Sequence record: OP889247.1
DNA length: 64,000 nt
Strand: one strand, 5' to 3'
A program made the position numbers and the translations under genes. Under the pieces are notes generated by a model, which saw only the letters and a program-made list of their open reading frames with translations, had not been told where the DNA came from and made no database searches. This document shows positions 10,006 to 20,609 of this stretch, piece after piece. Position 1 is the first letter of the stretch; the number at the start of each line of letters is the position of its first letter.

Positions 10006-10881
10006 ATGATTATAAATGGTTACGACACCACAGTCGGTAGTCGTTTTAAAGTAAAAGACAAAGCAACTGAAACCATTCGGATGCTCCAAAGTAGTGATAA
10101 ATTGGAGTTGGTGGATCAACGTGGGGTTTACGCAATCTCTCACAAAAATGATTACAATCTCCCTCCTTTTATCTTCCCTATTTCTACGCAGAACTACATG
10201 CGTGAAAAGGTAACTATTTTTGATCAACGTCCATACATTAATAAGGAAGGTAGAAACGTTAATCTTCCCGAATATAATGTCATGTTGTTAGCTGCTTGTT
10301 TGCAACAAGATCTGCAAAACAATCAAACTACTTTGATCAAATCTGTTCGCCCATTTACTATCAAAGCATTCGCTAATGCAATGGGACGTAAACTAGAACG
10401 CATGGTAATGCTGGACATGAATCAATCAATGGTGGTTCGTGTCATCTTGGCTTATTATTATGTTTGTCTTCTGGAAAATAGTCGTGACGACTTTGCATTT
10501 GTAGCTCAGAATAGCATTCACGGTGCTCTGCGTTTACCTATTCCCTTTATTCAAGAGACAATCAAAGATTTGGGTTTTGTTAACACCCTCCCAGAACTAC
10601 TGAAAGCTTTGACTACTCATCCTGCTTTGCAATCTCTTTCTCGTTTGGATCTTCCAGGTCTGGTACAAGCTGGTACTACTATCTTCTTTTCTACCTCTGG
10701 GTTTAAACAACTCATGGGAGCTGCGCTAGAGATGCCAGCATTATTCACTGCTCTGTGCTGGGGTGCTGCTACTCAGCGTATTTACCAAAACACTATGATT
10801 GGTGAAGAGTTGAACGTAAAGCAAGACAAACGTGTAGAGACCTTCATTAGTACTGTTGGATATTATTTTAAATCAGCCTAA
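10006..10881 (+). CDS. virion structural protein (phiKZ gp28-like by synteny)
   Basis: Divergent from the sheath gene; size and position fit the conserved gp25-30 block. Confidence 0.6.
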   Translation: MIINGYDTTVGSRFKVKDKATETIRMLQSSDKLELVDQRGVYAISHKNDYNLPPFIFPISTQNYMREKVTIFDQRPYINKEGRNVNLPEYNVMLLAACLQQDLQNNQTTLIKSVRPFTIKAFANAMGRKLERMVMLDMNQSMVVRVILAYYYVCLLENSRDDFAFVAQNSIHGALRLPIPFIQETIKDLGFVNTLPELLKALTTHPALQSLSRLDLPGLVQAGTTIFFSTSGFKQLMGAALEMPALFTALCWGAATQRIYQNTMIGEELNVKQDKRVETFISTVGYYFKSA

Positions 10882-10897
10882 TCAACTGGGGTAATCC

Positions 10898-13714
10898 ATG
10901 ACAGCTTATGTTGCTTCGCACACCCAGGAGAATAATCCACTTGTCGATTATGCATTTAACACGATGTGGGGTAATCCAGAACTGGATTCTCAATATCAAC
11001 TTAAGCTTGCTCGGGTTTCTCCAGCGCTTGGTTATGTGAATAACTTCTTCTATATGGGGAAGTCGTTTACACTACCAAGTGAAGGTGTGTTTTATCATAT
11101 CTTTTCAATGGGTGGTTTAGACCTCGACTACTGGAATATGGGTAGTCGAGGTAATCACTGGTATCCGTTTAATACTTGGGTGAAAGCTTCCACCATCTCT
11201 CATGATCGTGGTGTTGGGTTGGATGTTTATAATAGTAAAGGTAGAATCTTTCCAAGAACTCATACCTATATTTTAAACACCATCGAGGGAAACACTTTTG
11301 TAGCATTCCCTATTAATGGTAATTACCCAATTCCTGTTAGTAGTAACATGTATATTCGTTGTTACACGACAGATATTAACACTGCGATCATTCCAAGTGA
11401 TCAACAAGTTAAATGGCGATTTGGCTATTCTGGGGTAGAGTTTGTAACTGGTTCTGATTTATCTAATTTGAAGAATCATTACAATGCTTACTTAGCTTAT
11501 GGGATTGGGAAAGTCACTTTCTTTGTAAATGGTGTTATTACTGATATTGGTAAGTATGTTGGTCGTATTGGTGATCTGTTAGAAGTTTACTACGATCCAA
11601 CTATCAAGATGGAGCTAAGGTATCAGTACAGTAGTTTGAATGACTATTACTCTGAGAAAGATAGTAAACGAAAACTATTGATTTTCCCAGGGTTTACTGA
11701 TAAATCTCGTAAATACCATTACTTTGATGATTGTGAGTTCTTCGTAGTTAATCGGTTAACAGGGGAAGGTCTGTATTATCATCGTAATAGTCAAGATGCT
11801 ATTCGTCAGTTAACTCATCAGGATTATGGGTTAACTTCTGACTACGTAAGTTTCTTGATTAGTGAACTTATTGGGTTGAGTAAAGGTAAAGCAACTGAGA
11901 ATGATTTCGATGTTGTAGTCCGTTACAGAGATACCAAGTGGCAATTTAACTTGGGACCCAATACTAGTCGTATTAATGATCTTTACTTACTGGAAGATCC
12001 AGCTGTAATTCTTCAAGCGATGATTGGACCACACGCTACTGTAAAAGAGTGGACACCTAGTGAACTGGAGAAAGCTCCTTGTAACTATGTACTTAACTCT
12101 ATTGCACCAAAGATTACCACTGAACGTGTAAGAGATGCTTTAGGTTACAATGGTTGTTCTACAGCTCTGTCTGATTCACCTCTGTATATGCCGTTCATTA
12201 CCCCTGGTGATCCAGCCTTTGAAGATATCTTCCCAACCCCGCCTTACACTTCTGGGTTAGGATATCGCATTCCTGCTAGTTATGTTGAATCATCTACAGC
12301 TTATGAATATAACAAAGATGGATTATATATCCGTAAGAGTTCTATTCATAATAGTGAATGGTTTAAACCAGGTCAAGACACCTACTATGTAGAGTTTGTA
12401 GTGGGTCAAGCAAGTACTTGGTTAGACTATGAAATTAGCAGAGTAGACGTCCAAGCTAGGCCAGGTTATGGCTTCAGGGTATTTAAAGCAGGTTGGATTA
12501 TTGATGAGAATCCTGATCCTACTCCTGACACTAGCCTGTTTGCTAATGAAGTCGCAATTACTTCTGATGGTAACGATATCTACCCTACTCCCACTGAGAT
12601 GAGTGTTGCTGGGGACTTAACATTGGCTAATCCAGTTGGACCTGTGACCACGGGTAGACCAGATGGTAAGTGGGTCGATATTACTGATAGTGATGAATAC
12701 CAAGTTATCGACGGCGTTATTAAATGGAAGTTTGATACTAATAACCACGTTGGATTAGTTATCTTTGATACCATTCATTTGTATAACGAATTTGATTTAA
12801 CACACGTTGATAATTCCATTTACTTTGGTATTACGCACCAGTGGGAAATTGGTGGTGTTCTAGCTACTATGGAACCTGGTCAACTTGATGTATGGTGTAA
12901 TGGACATCCGTTGATTGAGAACGTGGACTATAAGGTCGAATATCCTTATGTTTACATTATCTCTAAGATGTGGTTAGATCAATCTGGTACAAACAAGTTT
13001 GCTTATCGTGGACGAGGACTCAGCGCAGGTGGTTTGATTCCATCTAGCGAACTGGGATTTGTAATGGATGGAGTGATCGGGTACAATGGTCGATATAACC
13101 TTCGGATTGATCGTCCTACAAAGACTATAATTAACGGTAGACTTTGGATCACCTCTGCGATTGATCAAGCTGAAGATATTCATCACGGAACTAATGCAGC
13201 TGTATTGAACGGTTTCCCTTATGAAGTAAAGCACATTTACTGTGATAACAAGTATGTTGAACAGTGTGATTTACATTGGGGATTTAAAGAATCCAGAGGG
13301 CTTGATAAGAAAGTTAGCGACTACTTGACAGAACACGTTAAGTACAAACCTAAAGCTCCTGTTAATTATCCGTATCTTCAGGAAGATCGTTATAGACTCT
13401 TTAGTCCATTCTTAAGTCAGATTGTAAATGAATTGATCTTAGGCTTCCTGCCGACACCGACACCTAGTGATACACCGATTAAATATCCAGATAGTGTAAT
13501 AGATAATTTAACTCGTCCTTATCAATGGTTGTTGAAGTTTGATCCAATTAAGCTTAATATGGATTTAAGATTCTTCTCGGTTCATCCTTACAGTAATCTT
13601 ACTCGTCCAACTGTTACTCCTAATCAATTAACAATAATCTCTCGGGTTAACGATTTATATCTCGATGGTAAATTGAAGATTGAAGGTTTCTTTGAGGTGT
13701 CATCCAATGTTTGA
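10898..13714 (+). CDS. large virion structural protein (phiKZ gp27-like by synteny)
   Basis: 938 aa in the conserved terminase-sheath block. Confidence 0.65.
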   Translation: MTAYVASHTQENNPLVDYAFNTMWGNPELDSQYQLKLARVSPALGYVNNFFYMGKSFTLPSEGVFYHIFSMGGLDLDYWNMGSRGNHWYPFNTWVKASTISHDRGVGLDVYNSKGRIFPRTHTYILNTIEGNTFVAFPINGNYPIPVSSNMYIRCYTTDINTAIIPSDQQVKWRFGYSGVEFVTGSDLSNLKNHYNAYLAYGIGKVTFFVNGVITDIGKYVGRIGDLLEVYYDPTIKMELRYQYSSLNDYYSEKDSKRKLLIFPGFTDKSRKYHYFDDCEFFVVNRLTGEGLYYHRNSQDAIRQLTHQDYGLTSDYVSFLISELIGLSKGKATENDFDVVVRYRDTKWQFNLGPNTSRINDLYLLEDPAVILQAMIGPHATVKEWTPSELEKAPCNYVLNSIAPKITTERVRDALGYNGCSTALSDSPLYMPFITPGDPAFEDIFPTPPYTSGLGYRIPASYVESSTAYEYNKDGLYIRKSSIHNSEWFKPGQDTYYVEFVVGQASTWLDYEISRVDVQARPGYGFRVFKAGWIIDENPDPTPDTSLFANEVAITSDGNDIYPTPTEMSVAGDLTLANPVGPVTTGRPDGKWVDITDSDEYQVIDGVIKWKFDTNNHVGLVIFDTIHLYNEFDLTHVDNSIYFGITHQWEIGGVLATMEPGQLDVWCNGHPLIENVDYKVEYPYVYIISKMWLDQSGTNKFAYRGRGLSAGGLIPSSELGFVMDGVIGYNGRYNLRIDRPTKTIINGRLWITSAIDQAEDIHHGTNAAVLNGFPYEVKHIYCDNKYVEQCDLHWGFKESRGLDKKVSDYLTEHVKYKPKAPVNYPYLQEDRYRLFSPFLSQIVNELILGFLPTPTPSDTPIKYPDSVIDNLTRPYQWLLKFDPIKLNMDLRFFSVHPYSNLTRPTVTPNQLTIISRVNDLYLDGKLKIEGFFEVSSNV

Positions 13715-15446
13715 TGGAAAACCGGTAACGCCTGACACAAAAGGAGTGTTCCCTGGGAACACTCCTAGTCGTCCTAATGGGGACGAACTAAAACGTGTTT
13801 GGTATATTGAACAGATTTATGATCCTGATGTTCACCCTGTTGAGGATATGACTAAGTATGTTGTTCCTTATGAAGGTGAAATCGTAATTGATCGTCCTGC
13901 TCACAAGTTTTACGAAGTTTCTCATGTAGATCGTTACGGGACTTGGAAAAGTACTTTTGTACCTTGGTACCCAATTCCAGAAACTGATGAGAATGATTAC
14001 TCCTTGTTTCCGAAGCACGAATATGGTTTCCTACAGGGTGAATTAGCGCTCTGCATCGATTACAGTGTTCGTCCTCCGGTAGCTAGGGTAGATGCTAATG
14101 CTAATGCTCCAGATGCCGCTTACGCGCTGTTGTATGAAGGTTCAGTGATTGGTGAAGCTGGTAAGATTATCTCTGCCAGATATTCAGGTTCTGATCTGGT
14201 AGATAACCATATCTCTGTTTCTCCTGTTGTTATCGAGAACTTGGAGAATAAGACTATCATGGGTGCTGATAGTTTTTCAGTTCAACTAAATGAAGCTGCG
14301 ATGCCTAATGGTAAACGTTGTACTTTGGTTTATTACGATGTAGCAGGCAGACCAATTCCACCTACTTATTCAGTAGCGGTGCAACACAGTGCTTATCTGA
14401 AAGACCATCAACTGGGTCAACGTTACGTTAAATCCATTGAACTGGTTTCACCTTGGTTTACTAACTCCACTCTTCCTAATACCTTGTTTATTCCAATTAA
14501 CCTGGCATTGAAGGTAGTTGAGTTTAGGGCTAAAGTTCATTACTCTGATGGTAGTTATGAAGAACATCCAGTAAACAGTTTTAATGGTGAATCTGGATTT
14601 ACCTTGTCAGGGTTGGAACAATACAAACCAACTACTCCTGGTCAATCCACTAACGCGCTGGTATTGTCCTATGCTTACAAAAATAATGAGCAAGCTTATA
14701 TCGCGCAGCCTGGTTCTCCCAAGCATACGTCAAACCGTTATACGATTGTTGCGACGACTGCTCAAGGCAGTTACAGTCCTCGTATTTACAGTTACCCTTA
14801 TTGGGATCCTGCTGCTGGGTGGAAGCTTCGTCATTGGCTTACTGATCTGGATCGGCGGTATTGTAGAGATGTTACACAACTGGTCACTTTGAATGAAGCA
14901 AGTCCAGCGTTTGATGGTCGTAAATATGGTGAAGAACAAAACCTTATTTTCAACTTGAATATGCGTGATGTTTCTGCCAGTTATGAACCTTGGTCGTTTG
15001 TCCAACATACTACGATTACATTGTACTCTGATGGTACCGTAGATGGTCGCAAATGGGATGTTCGGCACTCTTACGGTAAGCCTGCTTTCAGTGCTTTGTC
15101 TGTTGAGTATATTGAACAAGTAGGTGGAACTCAAACCGCTAAGTTTGCTGGGATGACTTCTCTGGAAGACTTCTTGAACAAAGCGTACTATGGGTTCGAT
15201 CCTATCTATGATCCACGGACTGAAAGCAGAGCTTTAGTTCCCACTCATTTTGATTTGGTGAAGAACAATAACACGGCTCGTACTGGTATTCCTATTGCTG
15301 AGTTTAATAACATCCCTGTAGGTGATCTGTCATTTAGTAATGGCGAAGGTGTATATCTTCGTTGGACTCGTCGAGAAGCTTCTGGTAACGAATTGCAACT
15401 TGGTGTATCCGCTGGTGTCTGTAAGAAAGTGGTTGTTTACTCTTAA
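13707..15446 (+). CDS. virion structural protein (phiKZ gp26-like by synteny)
   Basis: ATG at 13707 overlaps the upstream stop and follows a GAGGT RBS. Confidence 0.65.
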   Translation: MFDGKPVTPDTKGVFPGNTPSRPNGDELKRVWYIEQIYDPDVHPVEDMTKYVVPYEGEIVIDRPAHKFYEVSHVDRYGTWKSTFVPWYPIPETDENDYSLFPKHEYGFLQGELALCIDYSVRPPVARVDANANAPDAAYALLYEGSVIGEAGKIISARYSGSDLVDNHISVSPVVIENLENKTIMGADSFSVQLNEAAMPNGKRCTLVYYDVAGRPIPPTYSVAVQHSAYLKDHQLGQRYVKSIELVSPWFTNSTLPNTLFIPINLALKVVEFRAKVHYSDGSYEEHPVNSFNGESGFTLSGLEQYKPTTPGQSTNALVLSYAYKNNEQAYIAQPGSPKHTSNRYTIVATTAQGSYSPRIYSYPYWDPAAGWKLRHWLTDLDRRYCRDVTQLVTLNEASPAFDGRKYGEEQNLIFNLNMRDVSASYEPWSFVQHTTITLYSDGTVDGRKWDVRHSYGKPAFSALSVEYIEQVGGTQTAKFAGMTSLEDFLNKAYYGFDPIYDPRTESRALVPTHFDLVKNNNTARTGIPIAEFNNIPVGDLSFSNGEGVYLRWTRREASGNELQLGVSAGVCKKVVVYS

Positions 15447-15456
15447 TTCATAATAA

Positions 15457-15488
15457 GCTAACTCTAGACCTCACGGTCTAGAGTTAGC
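15457..15488 (+). terminator. terminator-like hairpin
   Basis: 14-bp stem GCTAACTCTAGACC/GGTCTAGAGTTAGC. Confidence 0.7.
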
Positions 15489-15502
15489 AATATGCATCTA
15501 AT

Positions 15503-15542
15503 TTTAAGATCCATAGATTTTCAAACCTATATTACTAGAGTG
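15503..15542 (+). promoter_or_regulatory. early promoter; 40-bp exact copy of 56968..57007
   Basis: TTTTCAAACC-TATATTAC. Confidence 0.8.
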
Positions 15543-15602
15543 TATAAACATAGAAGATAATTCTTAATCTTCTTTAACTCCTAAGTATAGAGGGAATGTA
15601 AA

Positions 15603-16547
15603 ATGAACAAACAAGTTAAAATCGAAGTTCCGGCTAACGTAACTGGTATGGAAGTTTGGAAAGCTTTTGAAGCTAAAGGTAAACCGGTTCTTCAGATCAG
15701 CGAGACCGAATGGCAACAAGCCAGCGGTGCTACAGATTACTATGACCACTGGAGTGAAATCTCTACCCAAGGTCACAAGGTAGCTTTGGGTATTGACGAT
15801 CACGGTCGTCACGTTATCATGATAAAAGGTGAAGGATTTATCTTTCAACGTTATTCTGATAGCAGCACTACCTGGGCTCTTAACGGAATCCAGAAGTTAC
15901 ACGATAATGTCGGTCATTCAGCTATTGAACTGGATGGCTGGAAGTACATTTGTGAGCGATTCAAAGTTCAACCTGTTGTTGAATGCGAACCAGCCATTGT
16001 AGATCAAGGTGAGGAGAAAGAAATGGCTCCTAAAGATAAAGTGATCAAGATCACTGTTACCAACGAACAAGCACAATCCGAAGCTAACCAAATTAAGGAA
16101 GAACCTAAAATGACTCAAACTACATCTGCTCTGAACCTGAACTCCGACATGAACAACGCAGCTCCTGCTGTTTCTACCAACACTGAGAACCTGGGCATCA
16201 GTGTCACTACTGGTGTACTGGTAGCCGCTGGCGCAGCGCTGGGTACCTGTCTGGGTATTCAGTATGTTGAAAATCGTTTCGATCTGACTTCCAATGTGAT
16301 CACTGGCGCAGCTGTTACTCTGGCTGCCGCTACATCGTTCGGCGCGGCTAAAGCTGGCCTGAATGAGAAACTTGGTACCTACTCAGGTATCGCTTCTCAC
16401 GCAGCCATGGGCGCTCTGGTTGGTGGTTTGACAGCTCACAGTTTGAAGTTTGGTGCTGACAAGTATCTTCCTTCCTTGGAACTCCAAGACGATGCTACTG
16501 AGCTGGCTCTGATCGAAGGAACTGAACTTCCGGTACTGGAAGCTTAA
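15603..16547 (+). CDS. early protein with a Gly/Ala-rich multi-TM C-terminus
   Basis: Early promoter upstream; hydrophobic helices in the last ~120 aa; extra in-frame RBS+ATG at 16023 and 16110. Confidence 0.8.
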   Translation: MNKQVKIEVPANVTGMEVWKAFEAKGKPVLQISETEWQQASGATDYYDHWSEISTQGHKVALGIDDHGRHVIMIKGEGFIFQRYSDSSTTWALNGIQKLHDNVGHSAIELDGWKYICERFKVQPVVECEPAIVDQGEEKEMAPKDKVIKITVTNEQAQSEANQIKEEPKMTQTTSALNLNSDMNNAAPAVSTNTENLGISVTTGVLVAAGAALGTCLGIQYVENRFDLTSNVITGAAVTLAAATSFGAAKAGLNEKLGTYSGIASHAAMGALVGGLTAHSLKFGADKYLPSLELQDDATELALIEGTELPVLEA

Positions 16548-16615
16548 TTAAACAGGACCTATGTTTTTCACCATAGGTCCATTAATTTATATTTTTTTAA
16601 TTGTAGGGGTGTAAA

Positions 16616-17095
16616 ATGACCAAACGTTTCCATACTGTACTTGTAACCTCGGCTCACTCTGCCACTATCTTTGACGAAAGAACTAAAGGTAAACTTAACA
16701 TCGTATTTACTGGTAAAAGTTTATCTGATGAAAGTAACGACTTCATCGATTTCATCAATGAACTTCAAGAATGTCTTTGGGAAAAGAAAACGTTGATTCT
16801 TGAACTGTTCGGTGAATCACACATCTACTTCGATTGGATGGTCGTGCTAGATGGGTCTGTGAGTTTACGCGATTGTGAACTTCACAATACTGACTTGGAA
16901 AACGTTAAGCTGTCCAATGTAAATGTCAAACTCTGGAAAAATGCCATTATCAAATACAGCGAAATGGAGAACCAAGTACTCCAACATGAAGGTGGTGATT
17001 TGATGGTTAGATTCTGTTCTAGTGATGGTCCTAAACTTTCTTCACTGTTCTCGGACGACACTTTGATCATGTTTAACCAAGTACATGCACGTTAA
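16616..17095 (+). CDS. hypothetical protein (paralog of 40009..40473)
   Basis: Shared KG-L...F and L-LELFG motifs. Confidence 0.8.
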   Translation: MTKRFHTVLVTSAHSATIFDERTKGKLNIVFTGKSLSDESNDFIDFINELQECLWEKKTLILELFGESHIYFDWMVVLDGSVSLRDCELHNTDLENVKLSNVNVKLWKNAIIKYSEMENQVLQHEGGDLMVRFCSSDGPKLSSLFSDDTLIMFNQVHAR

Positions 17096-17104
17096 ATAAA
17101 TTAA

Positions 17105-17130
17105 CCTCTACTCCCAATTGGGAGTAGAGG
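17105..17130 (+). terminator. perfect-palindrome terminator-like hairpin
   Basis: 26-bp perfect palindrome. Confidence 0.7.
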
Positions 17131-17231
17131 GTTCTAATATATTATTTATTTATTCTTTAAAACTTCATAGTAGATGCTATGGAAACCAAGACACTCTGGT
17201 GAAGTAATATATTCTAAACTAGGATTTACCA

Positions 17232-20200
17232 ATGGATCAAGATAAACTTAATACAGCTAAGTCGATACTTAATCACTTGGGTATTAAACCCGAGACATTA
17301 CCCGACTTTGTTACAGATGCTTACTCTAAACAGATACCTTGTGCTGATTTGGACGAACGTGTATTAGCTCATTATGATGACGAGTCGATGCCCACACTTA
17401 GAACAGTCAGATTTTTAAAAGACTTCTCAAGATTTGGTGCGGGTATTCATTTAGAGACGACTAACAAAACGTTTTTAAGGACAGCTGAACTATTTAGACA
17501 AATGGGTATTAAGAACTATTTCTTTATGCTTCAACTTAATAACCCGTTACTCAAAGACGTAGACCCATGGGATCCTAATCTAACAGATGAACAAAAGTTT
17601 ATGGTGTTGGAAGAATCCCAAAACAACATTTGGTACACGTTAAGGGAATTGATTAAAATCGATGGCAGACGTTTCCAAGGAAATAGAGCTGTTATCTCTT
17701 TTATCTGGGCCTGTTTAAACCATATTCCGACATTGATCCTGATGCCACGCCAATCTGGGAAAGCCATGCATAGTGCCACCAACATAAAGGTGCCTGGGGG
17801 ATGGTCATGTATAAAAGATATCAAAGTGGGGGATGTAGTCACTTCTAAAGATGGGTCGTTATCCAATGTTACAGGTGTATTCCCTCAAGGAACAACTGAT
17901 GTTTATCGTGTTCATTTTGTTGATGGTAGAACTGCCGATTGTTGTGGCGAACACCTTTGGACGGTTTGGGACGCTGGTAAAGGACATCGTGGTAAGTGGA
18001 GAGTAATGGATACTCTTGCTATAAAGGAGAGAATACCCGAGTTAAAAAGAGCCAGAAATCATTTATCTGTTCCTCTCGTAGATCCAGACAAAACCACCCC
18101 TCCTGTTAAGTTACCGATACATCCTTATTTATTAGGTGTGTTGCTTGGTGACGGGTCATTAGGAAGTGGTAGTGTTTCTATTACCAAACCAGATCCTGAA
18201 TTACAAAAAAGAGTTTCAAAAGTTTTACCTAAAGGCTATGTAATTTCTCACCACTCAGCGATTAAACGTTTCGGTGTTGTAAAAGGACCTAATTTTGACC
18301 CTAATGAACACGTGTCTATACAGGATCTATTGCGTGATCTTAAACTATATGGGACTAACACTTTCACTAAGTTTATTCCTGAGTGTTATAAGTTAGCTTC
18401 TCACGGTCAACGTCTTCGTCTATTACAAGGACTAATGGATACAGACGGAACTGCTGAGAAGGGGGGAAATACTTATTATTCCACTAGTAATGAACAACTA
18501 GCTAATGATGTTTTATACTTAGCTAGAAGTTTAGGTAATATTGCTAGGGTTAAGAAGGAACAAAAATATTACACACATAAGGGAGAACGCAAACCAGGTC
18601 AACCTAGCTATAGAGTTAACATACGTAGTCGAGAACCATGGAACTTATTCCAAGATCCTAAGCGTAAGGAGCGTGTACAGAACTGTACAAGAGGTTTGGT
18701 GTTCAACAGTAAGTTGGCTATCTACTCTGTTGAAAAGCTTCCTGAGCAGGCTGAAACGATCTGTATTGAGATTGATCATCCTGATCAGTTGTATATCGTA
18801 GATGACTTTGTAGTTACTCACAACACTGTTGGTATGCAGGTAATGGCTTTTATATTACAGTATATCATTGGTCGTGGTTATCGTAGTGGTCTAATTACTC
18901 TGGCTGCTTCTAACCGAATGCAGTTCATTAATGCGCTTAAGAAGATACGTGCAGGTCTTCCTGAGTACATGATTAACATGAACTACAAGGACAAAGATGC
19001 TGGTAACATTCTCTCTTATCAAGCTTTTGGACAAGATAAGGAAAACACCTTTGAAGTGAAAGTACCTAGCGGTGGTGAAGATGGTGCTGAAAACGTATCT
19101 CGTGGTAACACATTTGAAACACTACTGTACGATGAACCGGCGTGGACTAAGTATATCGAGAACATTATAAACGGCGCTGGTCCTAGTACACTGACTGCCC
19201 AAAAGAATGCTCGGGAAAAAGGCATTCCTTACTTCACAGCTAAGGCAACAACTCCTAATAGTATATTGAAAGATGAAGGCAAATATATGCATGAGGAGAT
19301 GCTGGGAAGTACAGAGTGGAGGGAAGTGTTCTTTGACTGTTATAGTGAGACACATCTGGTAGAGAAGGTGATGAAGGCTTCTCCGGTGAGAACTACTTAT
19401 CCTAAATTTGCAATGCAGTTTAACCATTTACAATTGGGCTTTGGTCACGATTGGGTTAAACGCACAATGGATAAGTTGGGTTTGAGCTGGGCTAAAGCCA
19501 AGATAGACCTTTTGCTTATGTGGTCAGAAGAAGGAAAAAATAAACTCTTTGATGACAAAACTCGGGAGAAACTTAACGATAGTAAAGTTGAACCGATTTG
19601 GAATGAGGAGATAAATGATACTGGTTTGTTTGTAGACTGGTTTGTTACTAAGGAAAGATTGGATGAGTTGGTGAATGATCCAACTGAGTTTATCTTGATG
19701 GGTGTCGATACGTCAGATGCTATTAACAAGGATGCTTGTACTTTAGTATTACGACGTATGAAGACTGGTGAGAACATTGGGGTAGGGCGTTATCCATTAG
19801 CTTTCTTGGATGACGTTACAACTGTATTACGTGAGATGATCTTGAGGATTGAAAACTCTTTATTGATTATTGAACGTAACCGTGCTGCGCACATGATCGA
19901 GCAATTGTTATTGACTTTACCGAGTTACGGAATAGATCCATTTAAACGTATATTCAATGATATTTATCAAGATCCTATTAAATATAAAAATGAATATCGT
20001 GATGTTCAAGAGGTAATGTTCAAGTTTAGAACTAAAGAGTTTTATTTGAAACATAAAGCTAGATTTGGTTTCTTAACAAATGCTGAAACTCGTAGACAAA
20101 TGTATGGGTTTATATTGGAAGCTGTAAGTAATACTGGTAGTGGTATTCGATACGGTCATTTGGTTGACGAACTAATTGGTTTGGAAACTGATATGGATGG

Positions 20201-20600
20201 ACGTATTGACCATGGTAAGAAAGGTCATGACGACTTGGTAATTGCTTGGTTGTTAAGTTATTGGGCTATTCGTATGTTGAAGAATAGTTCACTGTACGGT
20301 ATTCCTCCTGGCCAAGCTTTAACTCAGATCTCTACATTAACTGGTAGTCAAGACGGCGAGAACTATACCAAAGATCAACTGGAATTATTTATGTTGATTA
20401 AGGAACGTATTGAACAGTTAAGTAAAGAACTGGAAGACAGTGACTCTGATATGGTAGGTAAACGCATTGAGTTAGAGATACGTAAATTGGGAGAATTCAT
20501 TCCTAAGAGTCTCAAACGCGTACTGACCATTGACGAAATCATTAGCAATGCTTCTGCCGAACGTAGTAAACGCGCCATCAATAGACGTTTTAATAGATAA
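17232..20600 (+). CDS. terL: terminase large subunit (intein-containing; ~768 aa after splicing)
   Basis: Walker A MPRQSGK/T split by the intein; LLYDEP Walker B; MGVDTS and HDDLVIA nuclease motifs. Confidence 0.92.
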   Translation: MDQDKLNTAKSILNHLGIKPETLPDFVTDAYSKQIPCADLDERVLAHYDDESMPTLRTVRFLKDFSRFGAGIHLETTNKTFLRTAELFRQMGIKNYFFMLQLNNPLLKDVDPWDPNLTDEQKFMVLEESQNNIWYTLRELIKIDGRRFQGNRAVISFIWACLNHIPTLILMPRQSGKAMHSATNIKVPGGWSCIKDIKVGDVVTSKDGSLSNVTGVFPQGTTDVYRVHFVDGRTADCCGEHLWTVWDAGKGHRGKWRVMDTLAIKERIPELKRARNHLSVPLVDPDKTTPPVKLPIHPYLLGVLLGDGSLGSGSVSITKPDPELQKRVSKVLPKGYVISHHSAIKRFGVVKGPNFDPNEHVSIQDLLRDLKLYGTNTFTKFIPECYKLASHGQRLRLLQGLMDTDGTAEKGGNTYYSTSNEQLANDVLYLARSLGNIARVKKEQKYYTHKGERKPGQPSYRVNIRSREPWNLFQDPKRKERVQNCTRGLVFNSKLAIYSVEKLPEQAETICIEIDHPDQLYIVDDFVVTHNTVGMQVMAFILQYIIGRGYRSGLITLAASNRMQFINALKKIRAGLPEYMINMNYKDKDAGNILSYQAFGQDKENTFEVKVPSGGEDGAENVSRGNTFETLLYDEPAWTKYIENIINGAGPSTLTAQKNAREKGIPYFTAKATTPNSILKDEGKYMHEEMLGSTEWREVFFDCYSETHLVEKVMKASPVRTTYPKFAMQFNHLQLGFGHDWVKRTMDKLGLSWAKAKIDLLLMWSEEGKNKLFDDKTREKLNDSKVEPIWNEEINDTGLFVDWFVTKERLDELVNDPTEFILMGVDTSDAINKDACTLVLRRMKTGENIGVGRYPLAFLDDVTTVLREMILRIENSLLIIERNRAAHMIEQLLLTLPSYGIDPFKRIFNDIYQDPIKYKNEYRDVQEVMFKFRTKEFYLKHKARFGFLTNAETRRQMYGFILEAVSNTGSGIRYGHLVDELIGLETDMDGRIDHGKKGHDDLVIAWLLSYWAIRMLKNSSLYGIPPGQALTQISTLTGSQDGENYTKDQLELFMLIKERIEQLSKELEDSDSDMVGKRIELEIRKLGEFIPKSLKRVLTIDEIISNASAERSKRAINRRFNR
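17763..18824 (+). mobile_element. class 3 (Ala1, WCT) intein with LAGLIDADG homing endonuclease, 354 aa
   Basis: Starts AMHSAT after GK; block B EHLW; LLGDGS and LMDTDG motifs; block F TICIEI; ends VVTHN followed by Thr+1. Confidence 0.9.
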
Positions 20601-20609
20601 GAGGTTATT

